A DNA stretch of 64,000 bases from the human T2T-CHM13v2.0 reference genome, Homo sapiens. The translations under genes and the position numbers were made by a program. Where the stretch lies: NCBI RefSeq assembly GCF_009914755.1, contig NC_060926.1. One strand, 5' to 3'. This document shows, piece after piece, positions 1 to 15,792 of this stretch. The notes under the pieces were generated by a model that made no database searches, was not told where the DNA came from, and worked only from the letters and a program-made list of their open reading frames with translations. The stretch's first letter is position 1; each line of letters begins with the position of its first letter.

Positions 1-69
1 CAGCTCTGTTAGTTGCTCCTGGTACATTGTACAGTCAAAAATGCAATTCTGGTTTAAGTTTTGGCTTTC

Positions 70-223
70 TTTTTTGATAATTTTTTTTTTTAAATTATAA
101 TAATAGAGAGGAGGGTCTCACTGTGTTGCCCAGGTTGGTCTTGAACTCTTGAGCTCAAGTGATCGTCGCCACCTCGGCCTCTCAGAGTGCTGGGATTACA
201 GGCATGAGCCACCATGCCTGGCC
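70..223 (-). mobile_element. Alu left-arm monomer (FLAM/AluJ-like)
   Basis: Reverse Alu left arm with T-rich tail; 15-bp TSD TAAGTTTTGGCTTTC at 55-69 and 224-238. Confidence 0.9.
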
Positions 224-244
224 TAAGTTTTGGCTTTCAGAAGG

Positions 245-345
245 TAGTGTGATACCTAGAGAACATGGTGCCAGAAAACTTGGGTTCTAATTCCAGGTTT
301 ATCTCTAATAACGGAGATGACCTTGAGCAAGTCAATTCATTTTTT
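245..345 (+). mobile_element. MIR fragment
   Basis: Degenerate MIR core (TGGGTTCTAATTCCAG...TGACCTTGAGCAAGTCA). Confidence 0.55.
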
Positions 346-574
346 TTTCAACCCAGCCTATGACAAGGTATTGTTTCAGGAATAAGTGAAATTTCATTGT
401 CAAAGCTCTTTGTAAATGTAAAGCACCACAGAAAAATAAGGTATTTGTTGGGACTTTTTACTTTTTGTTTTGCCTGTGCTGATCTCGACATCCCAAGGAC
501 AAAATCTATGATTTAGACTTAATTGGTTTTTTTTTTAATATACTTAATACATATAGTAGAAATTTAATTAATAC

Positions 575-1193
<619 letters not shown>

Positions 1194-1707
1194 ATAATAC
1201 GTTTTGATTAATGATGCAAACAAGGGGGAAACTCTCCTGGAATGTCGCTGGCTAATGGATTGAAACTGCAGTCAGCCAGTGGGTGTCTTGCTATCTTCCC
1301 ACAGCAGTAGTAGGAGAAGGAGATAAGGTGGAGAGTAAGGGGAGAAAAAAATAGATTGGATTTCTAACAATCTCCCAAAAAACACACAGAATTTAGCTTT
1401 TTATATTTGGCTATTTTTATTACAAAAAGCTAATTCAATGCCCTGGACTTTAAAAGGAATGGGCATGGGGCAATACAGTTAACAATAGTATCTTGCCATT
1501 ATTTTACCTTTTTAATGTTTTCTATCTTTTATTTGTTTCTTTGCAGTTCCATAGTTTTTCATACCTCTTTAGTGCTAATTATAGCATATAGTTGTCATAT
1601 TTCAGTTATACCTATTTTTAAGTGCAGTGATCTCTTGACAGATGTCTGCTGGATTCCCAATGTCAGTGGAACTCATGGTTAATTTCTACATTCCTTTATC
1701 ATCCTCA

Positions 1708-1830
1708 CATATTCATTCGTTTAACAAATATGCAAGGAGTGCTACTATATGCTGGACAGTGTATTAAGCACTGGTTATGGAAGCAAAATAGGCACAATCC
1801 TTGCCCTCATGCAACTCACAGTCTGGTGGC
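1708..1830 (-). mobile_element. L2 3' end fragment
   Basis: ATTCATTCGTTTAACAAATAT...TACTATATGCTGGACAGTGTATTAAGCACTGG pattern typical of a reverse L2 3' end. Confidence 0.6.
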
Positions 1831-1852
1831 AGAGTATGCTAAAGACTTCTTG

Positions 1853-2142
1853 GGCTGGCCACGGTGGATCACAGCTATAATCCCAGCACGTTGGGAGGCC
1901 AAGGCAGGTGGACCGCTTGATTCCAGGATTTTGAGACCAGCCTGGGTAACATGGCAAAATACCATCTCTACAAAAAATACAAAAATTAGCTAGCATGGTG
2001 GCACGCACCTGTAGTCCCAGCTATTCAGGAGGCTGAGGTGGGAGGATTACTTGAGCCTACGAGGTCAAGGCTGTGGTCAGCCAAGATCATACCACTGTAC
2101 TCCAGCTTGTGTGAGAGAGCACAATCCTGTCTCAAAATAAAG
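1853..2142 (+). mobile_element. AluJ
   Basis: Full dimer; TSD AAGACTTCTTG on both sides. Confidence 0.9.
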
Positions 2143-2277
2143 AAGACTTCTTGTTGGCCCCTAGTATCCATTATCCTATTCTTTAGAAGTGGACCTCCAA
2201 TACTAAAGAATGTTAAGTAAATAACAGTCATCATGACATTCTTCGTCTAAATTTTAGTATGCATATTTTAAAAATAA

Positions 2278-4070
<1,793 letters not shown>

Positions 4071-4125
4071 CTCAATTTTTAACAGTGTGTATAAAATCTC
4101 AATTACTTTGAATAAAAACTGTATT

Positions 4126-4383
4126 TGCCTTCCTGACTCCAGCTGTATGGAATACAAGCATGATGGCTGGAACTGGGGCAACCATTTTGGACTGTGAGGT
4201 GGAAGCCATATGCTTAATTTGGTGGAATAGCTAGAGGGAAGAAGCCTAGGTCTCTTATGACCATGGAGCTACCATACTAACCTTGATCTACCTGCCTCTA
4301 AACTTCGTTTATATGAGAGAAAAATGAACTATCATTTTTAGCCACTGTATATTTTTCAGCAGTTGAACCAATTCCTGACACAG
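4126..4383 (+). mobile_element. MLT1 (J/K-type) MaLR LTR fragment
   Basis: TGATGGCTGGAACTGGGGCAACCATTTTGGACTGTGAGG and ATGAGAGAAAAATGAACT...AGCCACTG motifs. Confidence 0.6.
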
Positions 4384-4389
4384 CAAAGA

Positions 4390-5150
4390 AGATAATAAAA
4401 CAAGCATATAATTATAATTTTGGTAAATTATATTTTAAAAAAATAGAAGATGGGAATAGAAGATAGTGGGCTTCTTAGGTGAGGCGGGAAAGCCTTCGCA
4501 AGGAGGTTACATTTAAGTGGAGAGTAGAATGCTGAGAAGCAGTAAATTGTGTGAGGTGGTAGGGAGTTTCCTAAACAGAGGAGACTGCGTGTGGGAAGTG
4601 GTAAAGTAGAAAGGGCTTGCTTGGCATGTTCACAGAATTAAAAGGAGGCCATGTAGCTGGAACTTAATGACACCAGATGGTGGGGGAGAGGCTAGCAGAT
4701 GCAACGTCATTTAGGACTAGCAGGCCATACTAATGAGTTGACTTTTTTTTTCAAGCATAATGGTAAGGGTTGTAAGCAGGAGAATAACACTGAATTATGT
4801 TTTAGTTATTCTGGGCCCGACGCAGTGGCTCACACCTGTAATGCCTGCACTCTGGGAGGCCAAGGTGGGTGGATCACCTGAGGTCAGCAGTTCCCGACCA
4901 GCCTGGACAACATGGTAAAACCCCGTCTCCACTGAAAATACAAAAATCAGCCGGGCGTGGTGGTGGGCGCCTGTAGTCCCACCTACTTGGGAAGTTGAGG
5001 CAGGAGAATTGCTTGAACCTGGGAGGCAGAGGTTACAGTGAGCGGAGACTGGGCACTGTACTCCAGCCTGGGCAACAGGGGGAGACAGTCTCAAAAAAAA
5101 AAAAGTTACTCTGACTGTTCTGTGGTGAACAGAGGGCAACAAAACTGAAA
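4390..5150 (-). mobile_element. L2 fragment interrupted by an Alu
   Basis: Purine-rich reverse-L2 motifs (GAGGTTACATTTAAG, TTGGCATGTTC...GGAGGCCATGTAGCTGG). Confidence 0.55.
4814..5104 (+). mobile_element. AluS
   Basis: Full dimer with A tail. Confidence 0.92.
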
Positions 5151-5153
5151 GCA

Positions 5154-5459
5154 GGCCAAGCGCAGTGGCTCACACCTGTCCTCTCAGCACTTTGGGCGAC
5201 CAAGGTGGGAAGATTACTTGAGGCCAGGATTTCAAGACAAACCTGGGCAACAAAGTGAGACCCTCTCTCCTCAAAAAAATTTAAAAATTAGCCAGGTGTA
5301 GTGGTGTGTACCTGTAGTCCCAGTGCCTCAGGAGGCTGAGGCAGGAGGATTCCTTGAACTCAGGAGTGGCACCATGATGGCTGTACTCCAGACTGGGCAA
5401 TAGAGCAAGACCATGTCTTAAAAAAAAAAAAAAGAAAGAAAAGAAAAGAAAAAAGAAAA
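5154..5459 (+). mobile_element. AluJ with short right-arm deletion, (GAAAA)n tail
   Basis: Alu dimer missing the GAGGCTGCAGTGAGC segment. Confidence 0.88.
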
Positions 5460-5566
5460 CACATAACAGAAATTTATTTTCAAAAGAAACATCTAGAGTC
5501 ATCCCAGACCAACTACAGCACTTTGGCAACAATTATTCATATTTAAAATGATAACACAAACATTCT

Positions 5567-5869
5567 TTTTTTTTTTTTTTTTTTTGAGACAGAGTTTCAC
5601 TCTGTTGCCCAGGCTGGAGTGCAGTGGCACTTGATCTCGGCTCACTGCAACCTCCGCCTCCCGGGTTCAAGCAGTTCTCCTGCCTCAGCCTCCCAAGTAG
5701 CTGGGATTACAGGTGCCTGCCACGACACCCAGCTAATTTTTGTATTTTTAGCACAGATGGGGTTTCACCATGTTGGTGAGGTTGGTCTCAAACTCCTGAC
5801 CTCAGGTGATCCATCAGCCTTGGCCTCCCAAAGTGCTGGGATTACAGGTGTGAGCCAATGCGCCAGGCC
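5567..5869 (-). mobile_element. AluS
   Basis: Reverse dimer; TSD ACACAAACATTCTT. Confidence 0.93.
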
Positions 5870-6654
5870 TACACAAACATTCTTAAATCATTAAAGAATA
5901 TGTTGGATTTCTATACAAAAATACCGAGACTGTGAAAGTACAATAACTTACTTAAAAATGTTCATGAGTGAGAAATAGAGTTTTCTGGTTAATCTTTAGT
6001 TAACAATGAGTCAAATTAATTATAATGTAAAATTCCAGTTAATTGAGACTTTGTTAAATTATGTGATTAACTAAACATATGAATTTTTCCCTAACATAAC
6101 TTTCCTTTTTAAGGAATCACTTATATGAAAGTGATAGGGTATCAAATTAGATTAATAATATAAATTAATAGCTTTAATTTTCCATTTCGAATGCATGTGT
6201 TATATTATATGTGTTTGTAAACATTGTACCCCAAATAAGCCAGTAAGCATATGCTGGAAAGAATGCAAGCAAAATTACAGAGATAAGTTGAGTATGTTAC
6301 TGGTTGATATCTGTAGCCTGAAAAAGCCATCGGTTCTACTCTCATAGGATGTCTTCTTTATTCAGCATTCTACGGGAGTTTTTTCATATCAGAATCCACT
6401 GGCAGGCCAATATCCAGCTTACATAAATAGCATTTTACTAGAGCATTTGCTTTTATTTATACCACATTTTCTTTACATTTCTATAACTAAAAGCTTTCTT
6501 AAAATTGCACTCATAATCTCTGTGTTTTATCCCATCTGCCTTCTACTGCTATTTGCTAGTGTGATGAATGTGTTATACTACCTCTATGAAGGGCTGCCTT
6601 TGTAGGCATATTAACACATTTAAACCAAAATGAGATCAAGTAAGAACATACCTA

Positions 6655-7230
6655 AGAAAATTAATGGATATCCACCAAAAGACATGTAAAAGTGCTCATG
6701 GCAGCTTTATTATAATATCTAAAACTTATAAAATAAAAAAAAAATTTTTCATCAAGAGTAGAATGGATTAATTCATGTAAGGGAATACTATAAAAATGGT
6801 TTGCAATAAAAAGAGCAAACCACTACACACGCTAATATAACTCAACCCTAGAGAACCCACGTTGAACAAAAGAAACAAGGTACACACATACACACACACG
6901 CAAAGCATGCAGTATGATTCCATTTATATGAAGTTTAAAAACATGCAAAACTGCTTCTGGATGGCTAGATAATAAAAAAAAACATGCAAAACTAATCTAT
7001 GGTGATAAAAATTAGAACAATGGTTACTGGGTTAGGGAAGTATTATTGACTGAGACAGGGCTTGATAGGGCCTTGTGGGATGCTGGAACTACTCTATACT
7101 TGATTTGGATGGTGGTTACACAGTTATACACACTCATGTAGAAGGTAATGTGCATAAACATGTATATACGCATATGGAAAATAAACTTTAAGATTAGTTC
7201 ATTTTACAATGTGGATGTCATGCTTCAATA
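6655..7230 (+). mobile_element. Old L1M (L1ME-type) 3' fragment
   Basis: GTATGATTCCATTTATATGAAGTT...AAAACTAATCTATGGTGATAAAA motifs. Confidence 0.7.
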
Positions 7231-7387
7231 ATTTCTTTTAAATTCAATAGTAAATTATGGTACATTCTCCAATAGACTAATAGAAATTTTTAAAAAGAAT
7301 AGAACTACATGAATTGGAAGGAATGATATCCCAAAATATCAAGTGAAAAAAGCAATTGGCAAAGTAGTTTGTTAGTATGAACCCATT

Positions 7388-7393
7388 TGTGTG

Positions 7394-7433
<40 letters not shown>
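7388..7433. repeat. (TG)n microsatellite
   Basis: About 22 TG units with one interruption. Confidence 0.95.
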
Positions 7434-7438
<5 letters not shown>

Positions 7439-7624
7439 TTTAATAGCTACATGTTTGATTGTATATGCATGGGCAGTTCCTGGAAGGACACACAGGAAAT
7501 TGTTTTGATAGTAGGTTACCTTAGACAACTGGGATGTGGGACTGAGGGCTGGGGTTTGTACATAAACTCTTATTTTTCAGTTTATTCTTTTTAATGCTCT
7601 CTTTATATAAATTTAGCCTAATTT

Positions 7625-7944
<320 letters not shown>

Positions 7945-7991
7945 GCCTACTTTACAAGGCCTTATTAATCTTTTCTGCGTTTGTAAAATTG

Positions 7992-8075
7992 TATTATGTT
8001 GAGCCATATGAAATTGTCATTTTTATAAGTCAAAAATGTGAGAATATTGGCCATTTCATATAGTTCAATGTCATA
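7992..8075. mobile_element. MADE2 mariner-derived MITE
   Basis: ~84-bp imperfect inverted repeat TATTATGTTGAGCCATATGAAATTG...CCATTTCATATAGTTCAATGTCATA, TA-bounded. Confidence 0.75.
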
Positions 8076-8349
8076 CAATGAACAGAAGTAGGTATATGAA
8101 AACACTCATTTAGACATTACTCATTCAGAATTTGAAATAATTTGCATGTTCAACATAAAGAACATAACCCAAACCCAATAAGATTATCTATGTATATTTG
8201 AGTTTAATGTTTGTTACCCAAAAGTACAGTAATTTAATAAACCCTTTAAAATTGTTTATAATGTACACTGTTCATATACTAAATTATTTCTAATAGTTTC
8301 TGAACCTATAAATTAGTATTACAAAAATATAATGAAATTGGAAATTGGA

Positions 8350-8535
8350 AAATCTAGGGTTAATGTCCAGCTCTGTCACTGGCTCTCTGACGTAAAATAA
8401 GCTGCTTGATGATTGCTCTGAATCTCAATTTTCTTCAGTATAAGATAAAGAATATGATACCTGACCTGCAGGATTGCTCAAAGGATTAAATTGTTGATGC
8501 ATGTAAAAACACTTTGGAAAGTACAAAGCACCATC
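8350..8535 (+). mobile_element. MIR fragment
   Basis: CTCTGAATCTCAATTTTCTTCAGTATAAGATAA...GGATTAAAT...ATGTAAAAACACTT. Confidence 0.65.
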
Positions 8536-8567
8536 GAAATGGAGTCATTAATGTTTTTAAACAATGA

Positions 8568-8923
<356 letters not shown>

Positions 8924-8951
8924 CCATATTGTAATTTATATTCTTCTAGAT

Positions 8952-10379
8952 CAATAATTCTCAGACTTTTCATCTCAAGATCCCTTTACACTCTTCCGTG
9001 CTGTGGATTTTAGCTATTAATATTTACTGTGCTATAAGTTAAAATAGATTTTAAATATTTATTTTAAAATAACATTAATAAACCCACTGCATGTTAACAT
9101 AAATCACATTTTTATGAGAAATAGCTATTGCTGAAACAATAAATAATTAGTAAGAAAAGAAGTATTATTTTACATTTTTGCAAATTTCCTTAAAGTCTAG
9201 CTTAATATAAGACAGTTGGATTCTCATATCTACTTCTGCATTCAATCTGTTGAAATCTGTTGTTTTGGTTGAAGTATATGAAGAAAATTTGGCCTTAAGC
9301 AGATATGTGGTTGGAAATGGGAAGAATATTTTAATGATTTTTTAAGATGATTGTGGATATTACTATTTGGTACCATATCAAAACTCAATAAGTAGTAGTT
9401 TCTTAAAGGTGATTTGCAGTGTGGAATCTGAAAGTATATCGATTAACATTTCCTACCCTGCTACATTAAAATCCATTGGTCTGTCTTGCACTCTGAATGG
9501 ATCTTTCACCCATGCATCATCTAGTAACATCATATTGAAAATATCAGTACATAGACTTATTGATATCTTCCCAAGCTTGACACATTTCCTTAGATGATAT
9601 TTTAAAATCATATTAATCATATCATCATTTCTTGCATCAGAAAAGTCTTTTAGTACTAGGAAACTGTCATACTCACAGTGGTGAATACAGGTCTTCCAAA
9701 ATTCAAAATTTTAGTTGAAAACCCAAATTTTATCTTTAATAAACTACTGTCAGTTTTTCTTTCCTCAAAATGACAGGTTTACTTCATATGTTTTTGATTA
9801 AAGTTCTGCTGAATACCCAAGTTTGAATAACCACAGTTTGTCTGCCAGTCGCTCTTTCAAGTGAAAAATGGTGCTCTACAAAAAAAAAGGGGGGGGGGTG
9901 GGGGCTAGTTTGGCTTGCAGCTCAAATAATTGCATAAATGATTTGCTGAAGACAATCACTTTTGTACTTCAGTATGCAGCAGCAATGCTTTCTGTGTACT
10001 TTCCATTTTATCACACAGAATGTTAAAAAATGGGCACTCAAGGGTCAAGATTTAATTAATACTTTTTACTACTTTGACAAGGACCTTCTTCAGTGAAACC
10101 GGCTTTTCTTTTTACTGTGAGTGCATGGAGGTGAAGAACACAAAGACAATTAGTGTACTTTAAAGCCACTGCCTTGATTTGTGCCAAGGCACCCAAAGTT
10201 CGCATCACCATTGCTTCTGCATCATCAGTGCAAAATTAGAGAGAAGTGGCACAAGGGGTGGGGAGAGGGCAAATAACATCTTAATATTATTATAAAAAGA
10301 GTTTGGACCTTGCAGACTTTCTGAAGAAATCTCAGGAGGAGCACCCAGGGGTCTGTGAACCACACTTTGAGAATTGCTG
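8952..10379 (-). mobile_element. Charlie1a-type hAT DNA transposon, near full length
   Basis: Degenerate TIRs CAATAATTCTCAGA / TTTGAGAATTGCTG; 8-bp TSD TTCTAGAT/ATCTAGAT fitting the NTCTAGAN preference; ~1.43 kb. Confidence 0.8.
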
Positions 10380-11311
10380 ATCTAGATAATGACTAACACA
10401 TTTTACCTAGCTCAGAAAAAAACCTAATTAGACTGGTTTAGTCCAGTCGTCTTCAAGAAATCAATTGCTTAGAGTATGAAAGTTCTAATCTTTATCAGTG
10501 AGATAAAAGTAATGCTTCTCATCCATGTCAGCATTCTTCTGGAAAATAAAATCCAAAATTACCTGGTCCTCTGTAACCGCCCCCCTCAAAAAAATCAGAA
10601 AGCCCCTCTAATACTCTAAGTGTTCCTCTTAGTAAATTCAACTCTGCCATTGTCTAAAAACAAACTGAAAATATCTGCATGGCCAGAGACTACTATCCAC
10701 AGGGTTTATTGCTATTACACAAATAAGAGTTACAACTTGTAGGTGAGTATGGAGTATAATTGTTCACCCTCCTTTCAGAAGTAGAGTTAACTTCTAGGAA
10801 AATTCACCTGTGAGTTTCCTCTAAGGCACTAAGGGAAGGCCTCTGCCTCCTCCACCCAAGCATTCTTCCAAAATTAATAATAGAAGCTGGCAGATAAGCA
10901 GTCTCCCAGAGAGGCCCAACCGACATTCCTGGGGGCACCTGCAGGGCCTGCACCTCCACCCATCACCCAATGTCCACGAAGTTCAGTGTTTTCTCTAAGA
11001 GAGCAAGAAAAAGAGACCACAGTGGAACTGAACCATGTCAATTTGATGTCAAAGAGGAAAAAGAGAGAAACACAGGTACATGAATTAAGCCAAATGCTGG
11101 CTGGAGAAGTAGGGATGATGACAACTGGGGAAAGGATTGAGAGAAGGGATGAAGAATTAAGAGAAAGCAGCAAATGTGGGGTAAAAGATGGCACATTATT
11201 GAACTCCCTTTTAAAATGTCTTGCCCAGTGGTTTCGATGGCAGAGACTAATCATAGGGCAAACTGATAACATGCCAAGCACCATTAACCAAGGCAAAGAG
11301 ACAGTCTAAAG

Positions 11312-11893
11312 CAGGGGTTCCTCAACCTCAGAACAATTAAAACTATGAGCTGGATAGTCTTTGTTATGGGGGCTGTCTTGTGCATTCTAGGATGTTTAGC
11401 GGGATCACCAGCTGCTACTCACTAGACGCCAGTAATACTCCAGTAATACACCCTTCCCCAAATCCTCCCCACCCCCCCAAACAAAAGGCCAGGCACAGTG
11501 GCTCGCACCTGTAATTCCAGCACTTTGGGAAGCTAAGGCAGAAGGATCCCGTGAGCTCAGGAGTTCAACATAGCGAGATCTTGTCTCTACTAAAAATGTT
11601 AAAATATTAACCAGGCATGGTGGCTCACACTTGTAGTCCCAGCTACTCAGCAGGCTGAGGCCAGAGGATCACTTGGGCCCAAGAAATCAAGGCTGTAGTG
11701 AGGTATGATCATGCCATTGCACTCCAGCCTGGGTGACTGAGCAAGACTCTGTCTCAAAAAAAAAAAAAAAAAAAAAGAAAGAAAGAAAGAAAAATAAAAT
11801 ACTCCCTCCCATTTGCAATAACCAAAAATGCCTTTGGGAAGAGGGATGAGATTAGGGGTGGGGAGCAAAATTGACTTTGGTTAAAAATCACTG
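11312..11893 (-). mobile_element. MER20 (hAT-Charlie), split by an Alu
   Basis: CAGGGGTTCCTCAACCTC...GGGGGCTGTCTTGTGCATTCTAGGATGTTTAGC; ends GGTTAAAAATCACTG. Confidence 0.78.
11487..11799 (+). mobile_element. AluJ
   Basis: Dimer with A/(GAAA)n tail, inside MER20. Confidence 0.9.
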
Positions 11894-11949
11894 GTCTATT
11901 ATTATCTCAGCATATAAAAATCTCCACTCCTATCAAGGACAAACAGCTG

Positions 11950-12364
<415 letters not shown>

Positions 12365-12459
12365 TCAAATTATGCTTAGCTTCTACAATAATAATTTACT
12401 GGCCACCAGGGGGTCTCTTGCTTGTGATCTACAAGACAAAATGTCTGGCACAGTCAGTC

Positions 12460-12610
12460 ATCCTGGGTCCTATTACTACCTTGCAATTAACTCTTTGTGT
12501 CTCAGTTTCATCATTTCTCAAATGGGAGCAATAGTACCTTCCCTACCTTCTGTACGGGTGATTATAAGGAAACAACGAAAGGAGATGGAAAAGTGCCTTG
12601 AAAGTTAAAA
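12460..12610 (+). mobile_element. MIR fragment
   Basis: TCTCAGTTTCATCATTTCTCAAATGGGAGCAATAGTACCT core. Confidence 0.65.
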
Positions 12611-13348
12611 GAAAATGTAACCAGACATAACTAAGTCATTACGGTCTTTTCAGAAACTGGAAACACATTAACAAACAACCCTGTGTGTTTGATGCCCTTT
12701 TCTACTTCTAACTACATAGAATTTGTGTTGCTGGTATAGGAGAGGCACCATTTGCCATCAAAAAAAAAAAAAAAAAAAAAAAAGCCAGTCATTTACTTCT
12801 GCTAATGCAGAGAATATTTGTGATCTGGTTCTATGAAAAATGCTGCAGGCGATCACTGACTTCAGACTGTCAATTTATAGATTACCCCTTTTTAGCAAAC
12901 CATAGCCCATACCCTTCACTGATGTCCCCAGCACTGCCGCAGTGCCTGTGGTTGTCAAAAAACCACAAACAAAACCCCTGAATCTTTTTAGAGATTCTAT
13001 GGATTTATTAGTGAAGGGAGGGAAAAAGTTGTAAAGATCATAAACAGTTTAGGAGAGAGCAGTTCAAATTACTTTGTAAAGTAAAGATGTTATAATGACT
13101 GGGTTAGCTTGAGAATTTTGGAACCCCAAAGAGATTCCAAGAGAGAGAAGAGGAGAAAGTAAAGTTAGAAGATTGCTAAAATCAACTTCATTTATTTGAA
13201 AATTTTCCAGAGTACAAGAAAGTCAAAATGTTCATCATCTTCCTCCTCCGCTTCCTGCAATAAGCAGCTCCCACCACTATCCCAAATCATTAAGATGTCC
13301 TTCCATGGTATGGGTGTGCCACAATTGGTGTAAACAGTCCCTTATTGA

Positions 13349-13746
<398 letters not shown>

Positions 13747-15437
13747 CAGTATTTATATTTTCTTAGGATACATTCTTGGTTGTGAAGCTTCTGGATCGAG
13801 GGGCATACACATTTTTTAAGTTTTCACTTTTGATAATAATTTTTTGAGCAATTTCTTCTCTTTAATTATCACAGTACCATCTTGCTGTTCTAGATATAAC
13901 TGTACCACTTAGCACTTGAGCACGTGCCTAATGATATTCGATATGCATTCTAATTTTGAAATTCCCCAAAGGAATGTTTACATGATCTTCAAATCTGAAA
14001 AATCTCTAACTATAAGGATCACAACTATTACTGTTTTCTGCCATCTTTTACAGGATTACCATTTGTGCTTTATACTTCTTTATTAAATATGCCATGTTTA
14101 TTTCAAATAATCAAAAGAGAAACTGTTAAAGTGTTTTTTCTGCAACTCTATCCCCTGAAAATGAGCTTCTTCAGTTGCTCGGCTCAGTTGCTCATTCTTT
14201 CATCTTATTCAATCACCCCTTCTAGCTTCCATCCCTCAATATAATTATTTATGTCTGCAATTTTATTAGGCAATTCTGTTAAGAGGCCAGACTGGGTTTT
14301 ACATATTTTTAAATAAATTAAAAAGAAAAGTTTTACTGTACCTACTATACAACAGCAAAGAAAGACAATTCTAACTAGCCATGTGTCTCACAGAAACCAC
14401 TTTCAAAAGTGTATTGCTATGCATAAACTTGTGACCTTTTTCTTGCCTGCTGGGGATAACCTTTAGCTCAATCTCTATTTATTTCTCTCCGTAAATACCA
14501 AACAACCAAGAGCGTTAATTTTATCATCCAATGTGCATCTCATTATATTTTATTATTTGCAATAGTGTCTACAAATAGCTTTATAGAAGACATAAATATG
14601 CAGTAGCATAGCATTTAGTTGTTACTATTAGAAGAAACGGTAGCAGTAATTCAATTTTTATGTGTTATCCTTGGAGCTAAGAGTAGGAGGAGAACAGAGA
14701 ATTTGGCAGCAAGTTGGTATACTTAAGGAAATGCCTAAAAACCAACCCCAGTATCTTTGGGAAGCAATTCTGGGAATTACAACAAAAATGCTAATATATG
14801 ACATTTGTATGAAGATACACTACTATGTCAGTGTGCAAATTTCCAGGGACTCATTAGGAGCCACTTTAAAATACAATTTTCAGAATTCTCATTTATCTTC
14901 AGACTGCTCATATCAATGGCTTTCTGGGGACATTTGCTGATTCTATGCACTGAAAATTTCAATCTAACAGCTTGATTCACAGATGTTGAAACTGAAAAGA
15001 ACTTTAGAGATAAAGCACAGTTTTCTTCACTTAAAGGCAAAGAGACGTATAAACTTATCCAGACCACTCGTTGGTTGGTGGCAGTGCCAGGACCTGAGCT
15101 CAGTTTCTGACATGAGCTCTGGTATACCACCCACAGCACCACCCTCCCTCAGGACCACCTGCCCCAGTTTCGTTGCAAGGTGGCATTCACTGTGAGGTTA
15201 AGCCAGAGTCACAGCATATTTCCAAAACAGCTCACTTGCCCAACCTCAGCAATGAAATCAGATGGCAAGTAAGTAAACATAACGCACTCTTGTCATAAAT
15301 TTCAGGTGTTCTGTCTCAGACACCCATGTTTGAAGGTGATGTGCTTTAGTAACCCATTTGTTTTACAGGATTCTATGGAAGTTGGTAGTGACTCTGAAGC
15401 TAGGTCAGAGATGAATATCATAAAGTAAGAAAACACT

Positions 15438-15792
<355 letters not shown>

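Noticed and set aside
10874-11309. Antiparallel ORF pair (140 and 107 aa) in non-repeat DNA
   Set aside because: Purine-rich composition explains the low stop density; non-ATG starts, no recognisable domain and no splice context.
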